A stretch of DNA of 64,000 nucleotides from assembly GCA_013265495.1 (NCBI GenBank), contig MU058718.1, forward strand, positions 3,548,081 through 3,612,080. The letters are read 5' to 3'. The translations under genes and the position numbers were made by a program. The DNA comes from Vicugna vicugna. Lineage: Eukaryota. Below, in pieces: positions 37,136 through 49,010 of the stretch (position 1 is its first letter; each line of letters opens with the position of its first letter). Below the pieces are notes generated by a model. It was not told where the DNA came from and did not search any database. It was given only the letters and a program-made list of their open reading frames with translations.

Positions 37136-39180
37136 CTAACATCCTCGACTGAAGAAATTATAAGACACGACGAACATCCCACCAAGAGTTCTTCTCTCAG
37201 TAATACTGGCTGCGCATTCACACCATACCTTCACAGCTTTCCACTGGGAGCAGACACGGGGTTGGGTCCAAGAGAATCTGCCCCAGTGGGTCCTATGTGG
37301 GCACTGAATTTGACCAAACTTGTTCAGTTGCTTTGAAGGATGTAAGGCCTGAGCCCTCTCCGTCAGAGCTATTCTGAGATTGAACAGGGAACGATCAATA
37401 AGATCTGTAGATAAGCACTCAGGAACCACAGAAGATTGCTTTAGCGGGTGACTGTGGGAAGTGACATCTAGGCAGGCACTGCCAAATGGGAAGATTCTGT
37501 GGTGAGTACTGGGAGCAAGTGGCCATCTCCTCCATGCAAGTCGTGTTAAGAGGAGACTACTGCAACCTTTCTGCATAAGGGAGCAGCCCCTTCATCTATT
37601 CAGGATGGAAGATGTTTTCCAAATTCCGTCCAGGACAACATGATATTCTGTGTGGCTCCAGTTTCTCTGAAGCAAGAAGAGACTCAGATACACTATATGG
37701 ATGAGCAAGAAACAGAAAGAATTGGTACTTAATACAAACCCACAGAGGCAGCCTAGTTCACATTAAAATCAGGATCCAATCTCCCTACTGAAGACAAAGG
37801 TACCAGGTGAGCATAAGGAGGTTGCACTTTGATGTGTGTTTGAGCCCTGTATCAACAATTATCTCACATCAGAGATTCTTTATGCAAACTTTCAATCATC
37901 CTGAATATAGGATTTTTATTTAATGCTATAAAATAAGATCTAATGCCCATCAATGAATAAGTCGTGTGGTTTCTTTGGAAGAGGGTATCGTTAGTAGGAC
38001 TTAGATCGCTAATATAATTATAATCTCTCCCTCTAAGAATTAAATTTATCCCTTCAGCAAAGGCACAATAAATTGAAAAGAGAGAAAGAGAAAGACTATA
38101 ATGATGTGTTCTAAAATAAAAGACTTGCTGAGAACTCACCTGGGTTACACAGCTCTCATTAACAAGCTAGAAAATTGCTATAATTCTATATGGTTTATTG
38201 TCATGGGAGCTGACAGACTGGTGGGCGGTTTTCCGACACTTGTGAAGAAAATTGTGTTGTAATGTTCAGATGAGACACGTGGCGGCAGCAGTGAGCCGAT
38301 GCGGAGAGAAAACCATGGTGACACTTTCGAACCAGAAAGTTTGACACGAGTCATTGAGATGTTGGCCAATCTCTGTTTAAAAACGTTTAAACCAAGCAGA
38401 AACACTCTTTTTATTTTTTACTGTAAAGTTAAATATTAGAATAACTTACTCTTCTAACATATGTTTTCTGCTCCCCATGAGTGCTTAATGTCCTTACTTC
38501 CCAAATGTTTTTGCTTTTCCTCTTGACAATTACTGTGTTTGTTTTTTTTAATTGAAGTATCGTTGGTTTACAAGTTGTTAACTTCTGGTATACAGCATAA
38601 TGACTCAGTTGTACATATGTATCCTTTTCATATTCTTTTTCATTATAGGTTATTACAAGGTATTGAATATAGTTCCCCGTGCCATAAAGTAGGACCTCGC
38701 TGTTTATGACAGTTATCTTTTTCAATCCCTTTAGGAGTTTGATCACTTTAAAGCTGAGAAACTTCTTCGCGACCAGACCAAGTTGAAGCGGGCTGGGGGG
38801 TGGGAGGGCAACAAGATACCCCACGCCAGGGGCACAGAGAGCAAGATCTGGGCGGTGCGGAAGGTCGGGAGGGCCGCCCCCGCGGGGAGCCCCCTGCGGC
38901 CCGGCGCTGACGGCGCCGTTCGAGCAGGCGGGGCCAAGGGCTCGTTTTTAAATAGGAGGCACTTCCACTTCCACTTCCTCCCTGGAGACGGCTTCGAGTC
39001 ATCCCCGCGCGTCTGAAAACGGAGGAACAGGGGCCGGTACTGGGTTTGCTTTCGCGGCAGGAAAGAGATTTTGTAAACGAAGGTACCGCAGCCAGTCCTT
39101 CCTCACACCCGAAACGGGCTGGCGGCGAGACAGGCCTGGAGGCGGAGCCGGCGACTGCAGGGCTGCTCGCTGACGGCTGG
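37136..39180 (-). pseudogene. Candidate multi-exon (unprocessed) pseudogene or lncRNA; exons ..39180-38820, 38372-38140, 37666-~37136
   Basis: GT/AG sites join three protein-like frames in phase; four in-frame stops in the core; family not recognised. Confidence 0.45.
38545..38702 (-). mobile_element. Short L1 3' end fragment
   Basis: aattgaagtat...tattgaatatagttccccgtgc, antisense of the same tail type as 30850-31000. Confidence 0.82.
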
Positions 39181-39700
39181 GTGGTGGGGAGCGCCACCCC
39201 CGAGGGGCGGGGGGGGGCAGGGCGCCCCGACGTGGCCCGGAGCCGCGGGGACGGCCCTCTCGCCGCGCCCGACCCGAGGCCTCAGTCAGGCCGTCAGGCC
39301 GTCAGGCCGGGTTCTAGTTTCAGATTCAGCCGCCGGGGGCCGCCCTCCTGCCCGGGGCTTTCCCCTCGCACAGCTGCTGTTCCTGGTTTCCAAAGCCGTC
39401 GCCTACAGGTGCGGCGCTTCCCTTTGCCTTAGTTTGGCAGGGACAAGTTGGAAGAGAGATGGGCAGAGAGAGGGGGTGGGGAAGGCTGCAGGGAGCTGAG
39501 ATGCGTCCCCGGCTCCCAGGCGGGAGCCTCGGCGGTCCCCGTCCCCGCCCGGCCTGCAGCCGCCAGCCCTCCCCTTCCCACCGCGGACCTCCAATCCAGG
39601 CATGTCTAAACCAAAGGATCTCAGGCTCAAGGTAGGGCGCCTCATCTTCTTGAGCACCAGGCCCCCCTCACTACTCTTAGTGGGGGGGGGGGCGTTTCGC
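38760..39700. promoter_or_regulatory. Orphan CpG island
   Basis: ~0.9 kb GC/CpG-rich block with GC boxes and tandem GGAAGT (ETS-like) sites on the minus strand at 38960-38978; not associated with any recognised gene in the window. Confidence 0.8.
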
Positions 39701-39800
39701 CTGGTGCTCACCTGCCCAGAAGCCAACAGCAAGAGCAGAGCCCGGACTCAGGCTCCAAAGCCTGCCCCCTTCTCTGCTCCGACACCTCAGGATCCTTGTA

Positions 39801-39910
39801 GGGGGGAAGGTGTAGCTCAAATGGTAGAGCGAAGTTCAATCCTGGGTTCAACCCCGGGTACCTCCTCCAAGAGTAAATAATCCCAAGCACCTCCCCCCAC
39901 CAAAAAAGGG
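39801..39910 (+). mobile_element. tRNA-derived SINE (Vic-1-like), internally deleted
   Basis: A box and B box but missing the gcttagcatgca segment; TSD gg(a/t)tccttgta. Confidence 0.8.
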
Positions 39911-41588
39911 GGTTCCTTGTATGTGTAATATTTTAAATAGTTTATTTCTTTCACTATTAAAAAAAAAACTGTGTTTATTGCAGCATTTCTATCCAGTGCC
40001 TCTCTGGGCAAATCTAGACCCAATTTATGATTCTGCTTTTTTGAGCAAGGTTGCAGCCCTATGGGACAGGTGACTGTGTCTCTGTGTATATTTTAAAGTC
40101 TGCACTGAGGTAGAGATTACCTGTGGGCAATAGGACTGGGGAATGAAGCTGTTTTGTTTTTTACTTCCTACCCTCTGTATTGTCTAAGCTTTCCCCAAGA
40201 AATGAATTCTTTTGTAATGTTTAAAAAGAAAGGAATGAGGACAGCTGTAACTCCAGTCTGGGCCATTGGGGTGTTGGCCATGCCCTTGGCCAGGACTCCA
40301 TGCAAAATGGTATTCTTTTCTTAAAAATACATGTAAATTCTTGCTCACACTGTTGAAGTCCCCTTTGTTAAGAGTGTTAAATGGCCATGGTGTCCCTAGA
40401 TAGCCATTTCCTGAGAGCTGGCTGAGTGAGGGCTTCCTTCCTCGGCCCAGCATCCTGCCCCCTCCACACACCCACCCACACACTGTTTTTTCCCTTTCTT
40501 TTTCAGAAACTCGATGCTATCACGCCCAAGGATTGGCCTGGAAAGGACTCAACACAGGCAGGACCACTCAGAAAAACTGTAAGATAAGTCTGTATGTCAT
40601 ACAATACTTTGAAAAGCAGACTGTCAGGAGAGTGGAAGAGAGCCAGCTCCTCTTCATTTGAACACTTTGTCCTTTGATTTGTATTCTTTCTTTAATCCGT
40701 TCAGCCTGCAAACCCTTGCTGACACCCACCCTGTGCGGGGCTCTGGACAGTTCCTGGGAAGGAGCCACAGACCCTGCAGGGACGACCACCCATTCTGGGA
40801 CAGGACACAGCTAATTGATGGGGTTTGGTGAGTTGAGCAGGTGGGGGCGCCAGAGAGCCCAGAGCCCAGCCCAGGTGGGGAAGGTTCCCTGAGGAGACGC
40901 TTGAACTGAGTCTTAAAGCACCAGTTGGCAAAGCAAAGAACGGAGAAAGGCCATGCCCTGTGAAAGAAACATGAAATAATAACAAGGTCCCTCTGCTACT
41001 GAGCTTTTCGGTACACCGTGGCATGTCCTGAACATTTCACATAAATCGATCGTATCGCTTAGTTCTCACAGCCCTGCTGGGCAGGTGCTCTTATGGCTCC
41101 ATTTTAAAGCTCAAGTCCCTCCGGCGTAGAAGGGCGGAGGGATTTTTCAAAGGCCCTGCAGTTAAGGGCCGCGGAGCCAGCGTTTGAACTGAGGCAGTCT
41201 GGCTCCAGAGCCCTCCTTCTAAACCTCGGTTATCCTGCACTTTGGGTAACTCAAGAATTCGGGGGGAGAGTGGAACACAGCTGCAGGAGCTGGGTTGGAA
41301 AGGTGGGTGGAAGTCTCATGATGCTAAGGATCGGACTTGGGCTCTGGATAGATCTGTGCCTCTGAAAGGACTATGAGGCCGGGCTAGGGTAGCAGTAAGG
41401 TGGCCTTTGTAGTAATCTGGTTGAAATTTATTTTTTAATATTGACTAGTGGGATGCAGAAAGCTGCATCTTCACACACAAACCTACTCACTGTTTGTAGG
41501 ACTGCTATAGGGCTCTGCTCTGCAAATGCAGGAATTATAATTCTATATACCAGAATTCTCATTAAAAAAGAAAAAAGTGTGTAATTTA

Positions 41589-41959
41589 TGTCTTGGTCAA
41601 CTCAGGCTACTATAACAAAATGCCATAGACTGGCTGGCTTAAACAATAGACATTTATTTCTCACAGTTCTGGAGGCTGGGAATTCCAAGATCAGGGTGCC
41701 AGCCTGGCTGGGTTCTGGAGAGGGCCCTCTCCCTACTTGCAGAAAACTGCCTTGTTGCTGTGTCCTCACGTGGCTGAGAGACAGAGAGCAAGCTCCCTGG
41801 TCTCTTCTTCTAAAGTCACCAATTCCATCATGAGGACCCCAGCCTCATGACCTCATCTAAACCTAATGACCTCCCAAACATCCCCCAAAACCATCACATT
41901 GAGGGTTAGGGATTCAACATATGAAGAGGGTGGGGGAGATGAACATTCAGTTCATAGCA
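41589..41959 (-). mobile_element. MLT1A-like solo LTR (ERVL-MaLR)
   Basis: tgtctt...ggctactataacaaaatgccatagactgg...cacagttctggaggctggg...ttcagttcatagca. Confidence 0.88.
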
Positions 41960-42939
41960 GTGCATTACTAGTTAGTAACGCTGCATTGTCTAGTACATTC
42001 CTGACACAGTAAGACTTCTGCTTTGACTTTTTTTTTTTTGACCCAAGCTGAATGTCAACCTTTTATTGATAACAAAATGACAATGCTGGGCATGTTTCCT
42101 AGACACCAAGACCAAGCTCCTGAACCCATGCTGGGGGTGTGTGTGTGTGTGTATGTGTAGAGAGAGGGCTGGGGTAGTGATCTACGGAGCTGGGTGTGAC
42201 GAAGGGAGGGCGGACCCTGCAGAGACAGGAGTCTGGGAGGCATCAGAGACTCGGAGAAGCCAGAGCTGGGAAAGAGTCCTCAGATGCCATGTTGAGCTCA
42301 GCTCCCAAGACCAGCAGGGCTCTGGGCTCAGGTGGTGGCCAGTCTGAGAACCATATCGTCTACTTAAAATTTTATACATCAGAGGATTACAAGAACTTTC
42401 CACAAACTAAATTCTGGCTCTATACATTTCAAAACCTGTTTCCCCTTCTGTCCCCATGCCCCTGCTGCCAGCCTCTATGGGACACATTCCTATCACTGTG
42501 TCCCACCTATGGATGGCACGTGAGTGGTAGGAATCCTGGGAGCTGCTTCTACACCAGGATGATCAGCAATAATAAATCAATATGGAAGAGACCAAACCAC
42601 ATAGATGTTCCCCACTAAACCCAAACCAATGTGTCTTTAGCTTCCTTTTTGCCTGATTCCCCAAATACCCACAGCTGCTTCCATGCTATCTGACACAAGG
42701 GGGACATATGGAAACAGGTGGCATGTTAACCAATTGCAATGAAAATATCCTACTTTTGCTAACTTGGTAAAGGCACCACCTGAACACATTGCTAGGGCCT
42801 CTCTCAGAACCCAGGAAGTGAGGGGCTCCTCTGAGCAAGGGGCTTTCCCTTCACAGTGAATCTGTCTCTGCCTCTAGGGCACATGCTGTGAATGTGAGGG
42901 TAAGGGCAATGATGAGACACCTGTTTAAAATAAAAGCGC

Positions 42940-43150
42940 CAACTATTATGTAGTGCTTACCAGGGGAAATGCTATGTGGGTATCAAGTCCTTTAATCCTC
43001 ATAACAACCCCGTGATGTTGGCATTATGAAATTCTTCATTTTGCAGGTGGGGAAACTGAGTCACAGAGACGTTAGGTAACTTGCCCAAGACCACACGTGT
43101 AGTAAGTGCTAGACCTGGGATTTGAACCCAGGCAGTCTGGCTCATGCTTA
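42940..43150 (-). mobile_element. MIR SINE
   Basis: Core cattttgcaggtggggaaactgagtcacagagacgttaggtaacttgcccaag. Confidence 0.8.
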
Positions 43151-46109
43151 TACCTAGTGCACAGAGCAGCCTCTCCACAGCGTACCTCACAGCCTGCACC
43201 ACCACTCCAGGACTCTGTAGTCCCACCTGTCACTTTCTGACATAGTATATGTTTTGCTGATTTACCTATTTTCTGTCCCTTGTTACTAAAATGTAGACTT
43301 TATGAGGGCAGAGTTGTTTATCTTGTTCATTGCTGTAACCCCAGCACCTAAAGTGGTGCTTGGCACTTAGTAGGTCTGTAGTAAACATTTTGTGATCATC
43401 TTAAACTCTTTAATACTCCTCTAAACTCTTTAATTACTCCAAGAAGTGATCTATTTGGAAAACTGCAAAAGAAAATGAAAATAAGAGGAAACAGACAAAA
43501 AAACGGGGAAGAAAATTGGCCCACCAATCCAAGGGGAGAAAATGAACTTTATATAATTTTAATAAGAAGTTAGCACTGTCCTAAGTGTCTGTAGTTCATG
43601 TTCTCCAGTACCACGTATCTCAGATCTGGTAGATTATCCAGGGAATTATCTAGGAACGATCAAAGAATTTCCAATGGTCTTATGTGCCCAGTTGAGGTTT
43701 GAGATCAAAATTTGTGTGAGCACCTGACTGCGTAATTATGTATTATGTGATTTTCTCCTGTAATGCTCAGGGGCCAAAGGAAACAGATGGATGCGGGGAT
43801 CCCAGATTGAGGATTTGTTGCTTGGCTATGCCTGCACGTCAAAGGAGTTGGTGGTGGGAGTTGTGTCTGATGAGGAGAAAGTCCTTAAACCTGAGAACTG
43901 GGGGCTGTTAGCCAGAGAGAATGAATGCTTTGATAAGACTGAAGATGGGTGGGATGAAGGTGTAGGGGAGGGAAGGGTATAGGGTTGAGGTCAGAGTAGA
44001 ATTTCAAAGCTCAGGATTTCAGACGTAAAGCAGTTCTAGGTGATGACAAGGTCTCGTAATGGGATAGGAGATATTGATGGCAAGTGAGTAGAGCTCTCGG
44101 ATGAGTCACAGGATGGGAGAAAACTTGATATTATGTGGATTAGGCACTGATGTATACGTTTATCCTCTTGGGCCATGATTTGGAAACTGCAGAGCCAATT
44201 TTAAATATCACATGATGTTTGAATATCACCTTCTCCAACAGTCAACTTTTGCTTGAAAATACTTTACTTATAATAATTCTAAAATAACAATCCTCCCCAA
44301 ATTAACAAACCAGGATTCTAGCGTCATTTCAATTCAGTAGGTTGATAATGTTGTAGGCTGTGAGTTTTGCTTGCTGAAGGTTTCATTCTGTTCAAAGAAT
44401 AATTTGCAGATAAACACACACCAAAGGAGTGTCACTTTATAGCTCTAGATTGCAGCCCCTTTTGAGATGATCCTGAAGAATCCATATTTTATTTGGTGCT
44501 ACACACATCATAAAAGATCTTTAGTCTCCAGAAGTTCACATTCTAAGGCCAGAAGACACTCAGTAAACACGCAAATACCGTGTTAAACAATGGTAGGACA
44601 GATAAAAGCCCTCAGATCTCCCAGACACCCAATCCATGAAGTACTCCAGTTACATACATAACAGGCTGATTAGCAGAGAACAAAATCTTTACTAAGTATT
44701 CTCCAGTGACCTAAAAAAAAAAAAAGATAATAGAAACTTGAAATTGGATGTAACATCCAGTGAAGGGTGAGATTTCAGCTTCTTTCACTGTTGGGTGCAG
44801 CTAGGGATACACAAAGAAATGTTTTGTTTTGTTTTTTAGATTTTTTCATCCAGCACTTAGCCTGAAACATTAAAGGAAGATATCAGAAACCCCAGATCAA
44901 CCGTAGGCAGCAAGTGAATTGATCATATTCTTTTTTTAAAGGATATTCATAATAGAAGAATCAGTCTGTGTATTTCATTAAATTCACTTGAAATGATGAG
45001 AAATCTTACCCACATTGTGCAAAGTAGAGGTTGTGCAAAAGGCATTCAACCTTGCAGTCTTTCTAACCAGGGAGTAACTAAACGTTTTCTCATTTCCCTG
45101 CTTGGAAAGGCAGATTGACAGGCACCTGGGAGGTGTTGGGAAGTTGGAAGTGAAGAAATCCGTGTTCTAGACTTTACGTGGGAAGTCATTTTTAGACATT
45201 TTATAGAACCAGGGAAACAGTGTTGCCCTCTCCGTTTTCCCCCTACCGAGTTTTCCATGTCTCCAAGACAGATGGAGCACATGCAGCAAAACCAACCAGT
45301 GCAGAGGATGCAGTCTGGGATATGAAAAATAAAACCTTTTCCAAATCTTCACTGGCTCCTTTAAAAACACTCCCAGCCGAGTGTTAAAGCAGCGAGCAGA
45401 GGTGTCTAAAAATGGAAAGAAGAAGAGGTGCTCCAAAGGGTTCTTTTTTCAAAACCAGTCTGCATTAATATTTACTTTTCAGAAAGAGCTCTTTACACAA
45501 TCAGCGAATATGACCAAATTTAGTCATATGTGGATTGAAAATGGTTCTATCCCAGAGGGCTCTCCATTAACAATCTTTAAATGTAAAAATGTTGAATAAA
45601 ATCCAGAAATGAGAAAATAGTCAAACGCAGTTAATACACAGGTAGAATGTTAATATTTTAATGGACTCCAAATAAACATTCAGTACCATTACATTATTCA
45701 AAGAAATCAGTAAAGAAAATATGGTTAACTAGACTTTGACACTGTGTTCTTTACCCTTACTAACTATAATAAGCCCTTTATTATAGAAACATTTTAGCTT
45801 ATATTTTACATTTCATAATATTTAAAGTTTATATTTTCATAATATTTAAAAATAGGAACCTATCAATCATGGCTCCTGGATTTTTAATTTTCTATGTAAA
45901 ACTAACTTATTCTGAACCATATGTAATTTCAGATTTTCTAGGGGTAGATTATCCTCACAAAATTGTGTTCAAATATCACTATCCCATTGCCATACATCAA
46001 TATTCAATTAAATGTAAATAAAATTAATTTTTCTCCTTTTTTCTACTGGGACATATAAGTAAATTGTTCAAAATGTATTACTGATGGAAATTAAATGTAA
46101 ATTACTTAT

Positions 46110-46820
46110 TTCTTAATTTATGGAGCCTCGGTGCATTGAGAACTGATCTAGGTGCTGAGGATACAGTCACAAATGAGGTGAGGGAAGCCCTTTCAGGCTA
46201 ATAGGGGAGACTGGCACCAGCCCTATAAACAAGCAAATGAACAAACGAGACCGTTTCAGATAGTGATGGGTGCTTTGAGGGAGGGGGAATCTGCTAACGA
46301 CATGGAGGGTGGCTGAGAGAGGGTGAGGGTGGGGGGACAGGGCAGTCGGGCAATCAGGGAAGGTGATGTTTAGATCAAGACCAGAGGAGCTGAAGGAGCC
46401 AGCTGTGCAGAGAGCTGGGGCAAGCATTGCAGGCAAAGGGAACAGCCAGTGCGGGAGGGAGTTGGGTGTGTTTGTATATCAGAAATGCAGCCAGTGGGGA
46501 TGGGGTGTTGGGGTGGTGGTGAGAGATGAGATCCAGGTGTCAGGCAGGGCCAGATTATAGAGTAAAGATTAGGGGTTTATAGTGAGAATGAGAAGAAGCC
46601 ACAGGAACTGATTACACTTTTAAAGCGATCGCTCTGTCTCCTGTGAGGCAAATGGTAGGGCGGGGACTAGAACGGAGGCAGGGAGCCACTTTAGACTGAC
46701 AGGAGTCCGGGGGAGGCACAGCTAGGTGGCCTTTAGTAGGGTGCTAGCAGTGGCCACGGGGATGGCGACAAGTGTTCAAATTTGAAATATATTTTAGGGA
46801 TACAACTAAAGGACTCTCTG
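46110..46820 (+). mobile_element. L2 remnant
   Basis: ggggcaagcattgcaggcaaagggaacagccagtgc motif. Confidence 0.65.
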
Positions 46821-47499
46821 GTAGTTAATTGTAGCTCCCCAAACTAAGTTCTTTCTCTTGAACTACATTTCCAAAGCTTTTCTGGAACAATTTTAGATCC
46901 CAGCCCCTTGTCTTCACCTCCCTACTCCTCTGCATATCTGTGCACCCCTTTCAGGTCTCAGAAGAATGGCCCCTCAATCCTCTTAAATCACATTTGGTCC
47001 AAATGGCTTTTCCAGCCATCCATTCCTCAGTGCACCAAGGGCATCTCAGCTGCAGATCCTGGAAGCGACTCTCCAGACAGCCTTCCCCAGGTCTTATCAC
47101 CTGACAATCCATACCCTCCTACAGACTCCTAGAGAAATCCCCAAAGGGTCATTTCACATTTTTACATGTCTCTCCACATAGCCAACACTTCTACACCCTC
47201 TGGGGATCTGTTCTAGAGTGTGACAGCAGCCCCAACCAGGGTCAGTGGGTGGTTTTCCAGGCAAGCTCAAAACTAGGGTCTTTGCATGTCTCAGTTACCT
47301 CCCAGAGGACAGACCTACCAGCAGCGAGATCTTACAGTTGAGAAAACTGGGTTGTTTTGGAAATTGTGAAACAACACTCAGCTAGGATTTGTCAGGTGGG
47401 GCTCAGCTGGGCTTTTAACCTTGAACTTCTCCAAGAACTGCTGCCCCAAGGACGACAACACCCCCACCTCCACCCGCGCCCACTCTTGGTTAGAACACA

Positions 47500-47720
47500 A
47501 CTCTGGAGCCAGATTGCCTGGAATCAGATCCGAGTGTCATTATGTTTTAGTTGCATGACCTTGGACAAGACACTGAACTTCTCTGTGCCTCTGTTTCCTC
47601 TTCTGTAAAGGAGAAATAATGATAACACCTGCCTCATAAGGTGAGGATTAAGTGAGTTACTGTGTATGAAGTGCTTAGAATGACATCTGGTGTAGAACAA
47701 GTGCTCCGTAAATACGGACT
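47500..47720 (+). mobile_element. MIR SINE
   Basis: Core tgaccttggacaag..acttctctgtgcctctgtttcctcttctgtaaa. Confidence 0.8.
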
Positions 47721-48149
47721 ATCCTCATCATCATTCTCCTGTCTCCCACTGACAGGTCACCTTCATTTCATATTTGTGCAATGAAACTTCAGCTATATGA
47801 TCATCAAGCTATTACCAAGAGCCCCCTAGGTATGGGGTTGTTAGGGGAGTGCATAGCAAGGTCATTATTTGAAAAAAAAAAAAAAGCTTGGAGGGCAAAG
47901 TGATGAGGGAAGTGTCAGGGATGCTAAAGAGACACTTAATAAGTTGTGATTAATTTACTCTGAATAATGCATTGCAGTGAAGACCTTTTTAAAGCATTAC
48001 TCGGATTAAATTCCTTACCATTCCAAAACTCATCTCACTAACCAGAAAGTGTGTGGAGTAGGCACAGGGAGCCTGCTCTTCCCAGTAACTGCCGAGTTAC
48101 TGGGGGTTAAGGGTCTGCATCTTAAGCTCTTGCTTCACTTCATTGTCTT

Positions 48150-49010
48150 AGTCACTGCAGTGTTTACGATGCTTACCAGTCAAAGTAGACTAGATTTATC
48201 TGTGGTAACAACAATAACAACACATTTCAGTAGTTCAGTGATAAGGTTTATTTCTTGTTCATGCCACATGTCCATCATGAAAGGGGTAAGAAGGGCCACT
48301 TACTGTAGTCATTGAGGAACCAGGCTGGCAGAGGCTCCATCTCAACATGCTTCCCTGATCATGGGGGCATGGGGCAGGGAGCGCAGCAAGCCACATGTTG
48401 GCTCTTGGAGCTTCTGCTCAGTTATCCCCCAGAGGACAGAACTACCAGCAGCGAGATCTTACAGTTGAGAAAACTGGGATGTTTTGCAAATGCTGCTTAC
48501 ATTTCATTGGTTAAAGCAAGTCATATGACCATACCTGAGCTTAAAAGGGACAGCAGGGACAGTCTTCCTGCAGGGAGGTGCCCCTGAGGACTTGGAGACA
48601 AGCTACCATAAGGAGTTAACTGAAAGCAGAAAACCATCTAAAAGTAGCTGAAACAATAAAAGGGGATGGGTATTTTCTCACACAACTGTAAATCTGGAGG
48701 TGGATCAAGGCCCAAGTGGGTAAAACCAGGTCTTCAGAAGACCTTCAGAAGAGGTCTGTCTGTCTGTCTTTCTACTTCCTTAGAATGTCAGCAGTATCTC
48801 CCTTCACGGTCACAAAATGACTGCAGCAATACCAGCCATCACATGCATATCAACAATATCTCAGGGAGAATAGTGGTGCTTCCTTCCATTAGCCTCATAT
48901 TATTGAGGAAATCTTTCCCAGATCCCCCATCTTACCTTGGGTCCCATTGGCCAGAATTAAATCATATGACTGTGATTTAGAAAGTCACTGGCAAAAAGAA
49001 TTGGACTGCT
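48150..49010 (-). mobile_element. Two adjacent old MLT1-type LTR fragments
   Basis: aggaaccaggctggcagaggctcc, catttcattgg..aaagcaagtcatatgacc, cattggccagaatt motifs. Confidence 0.65.
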
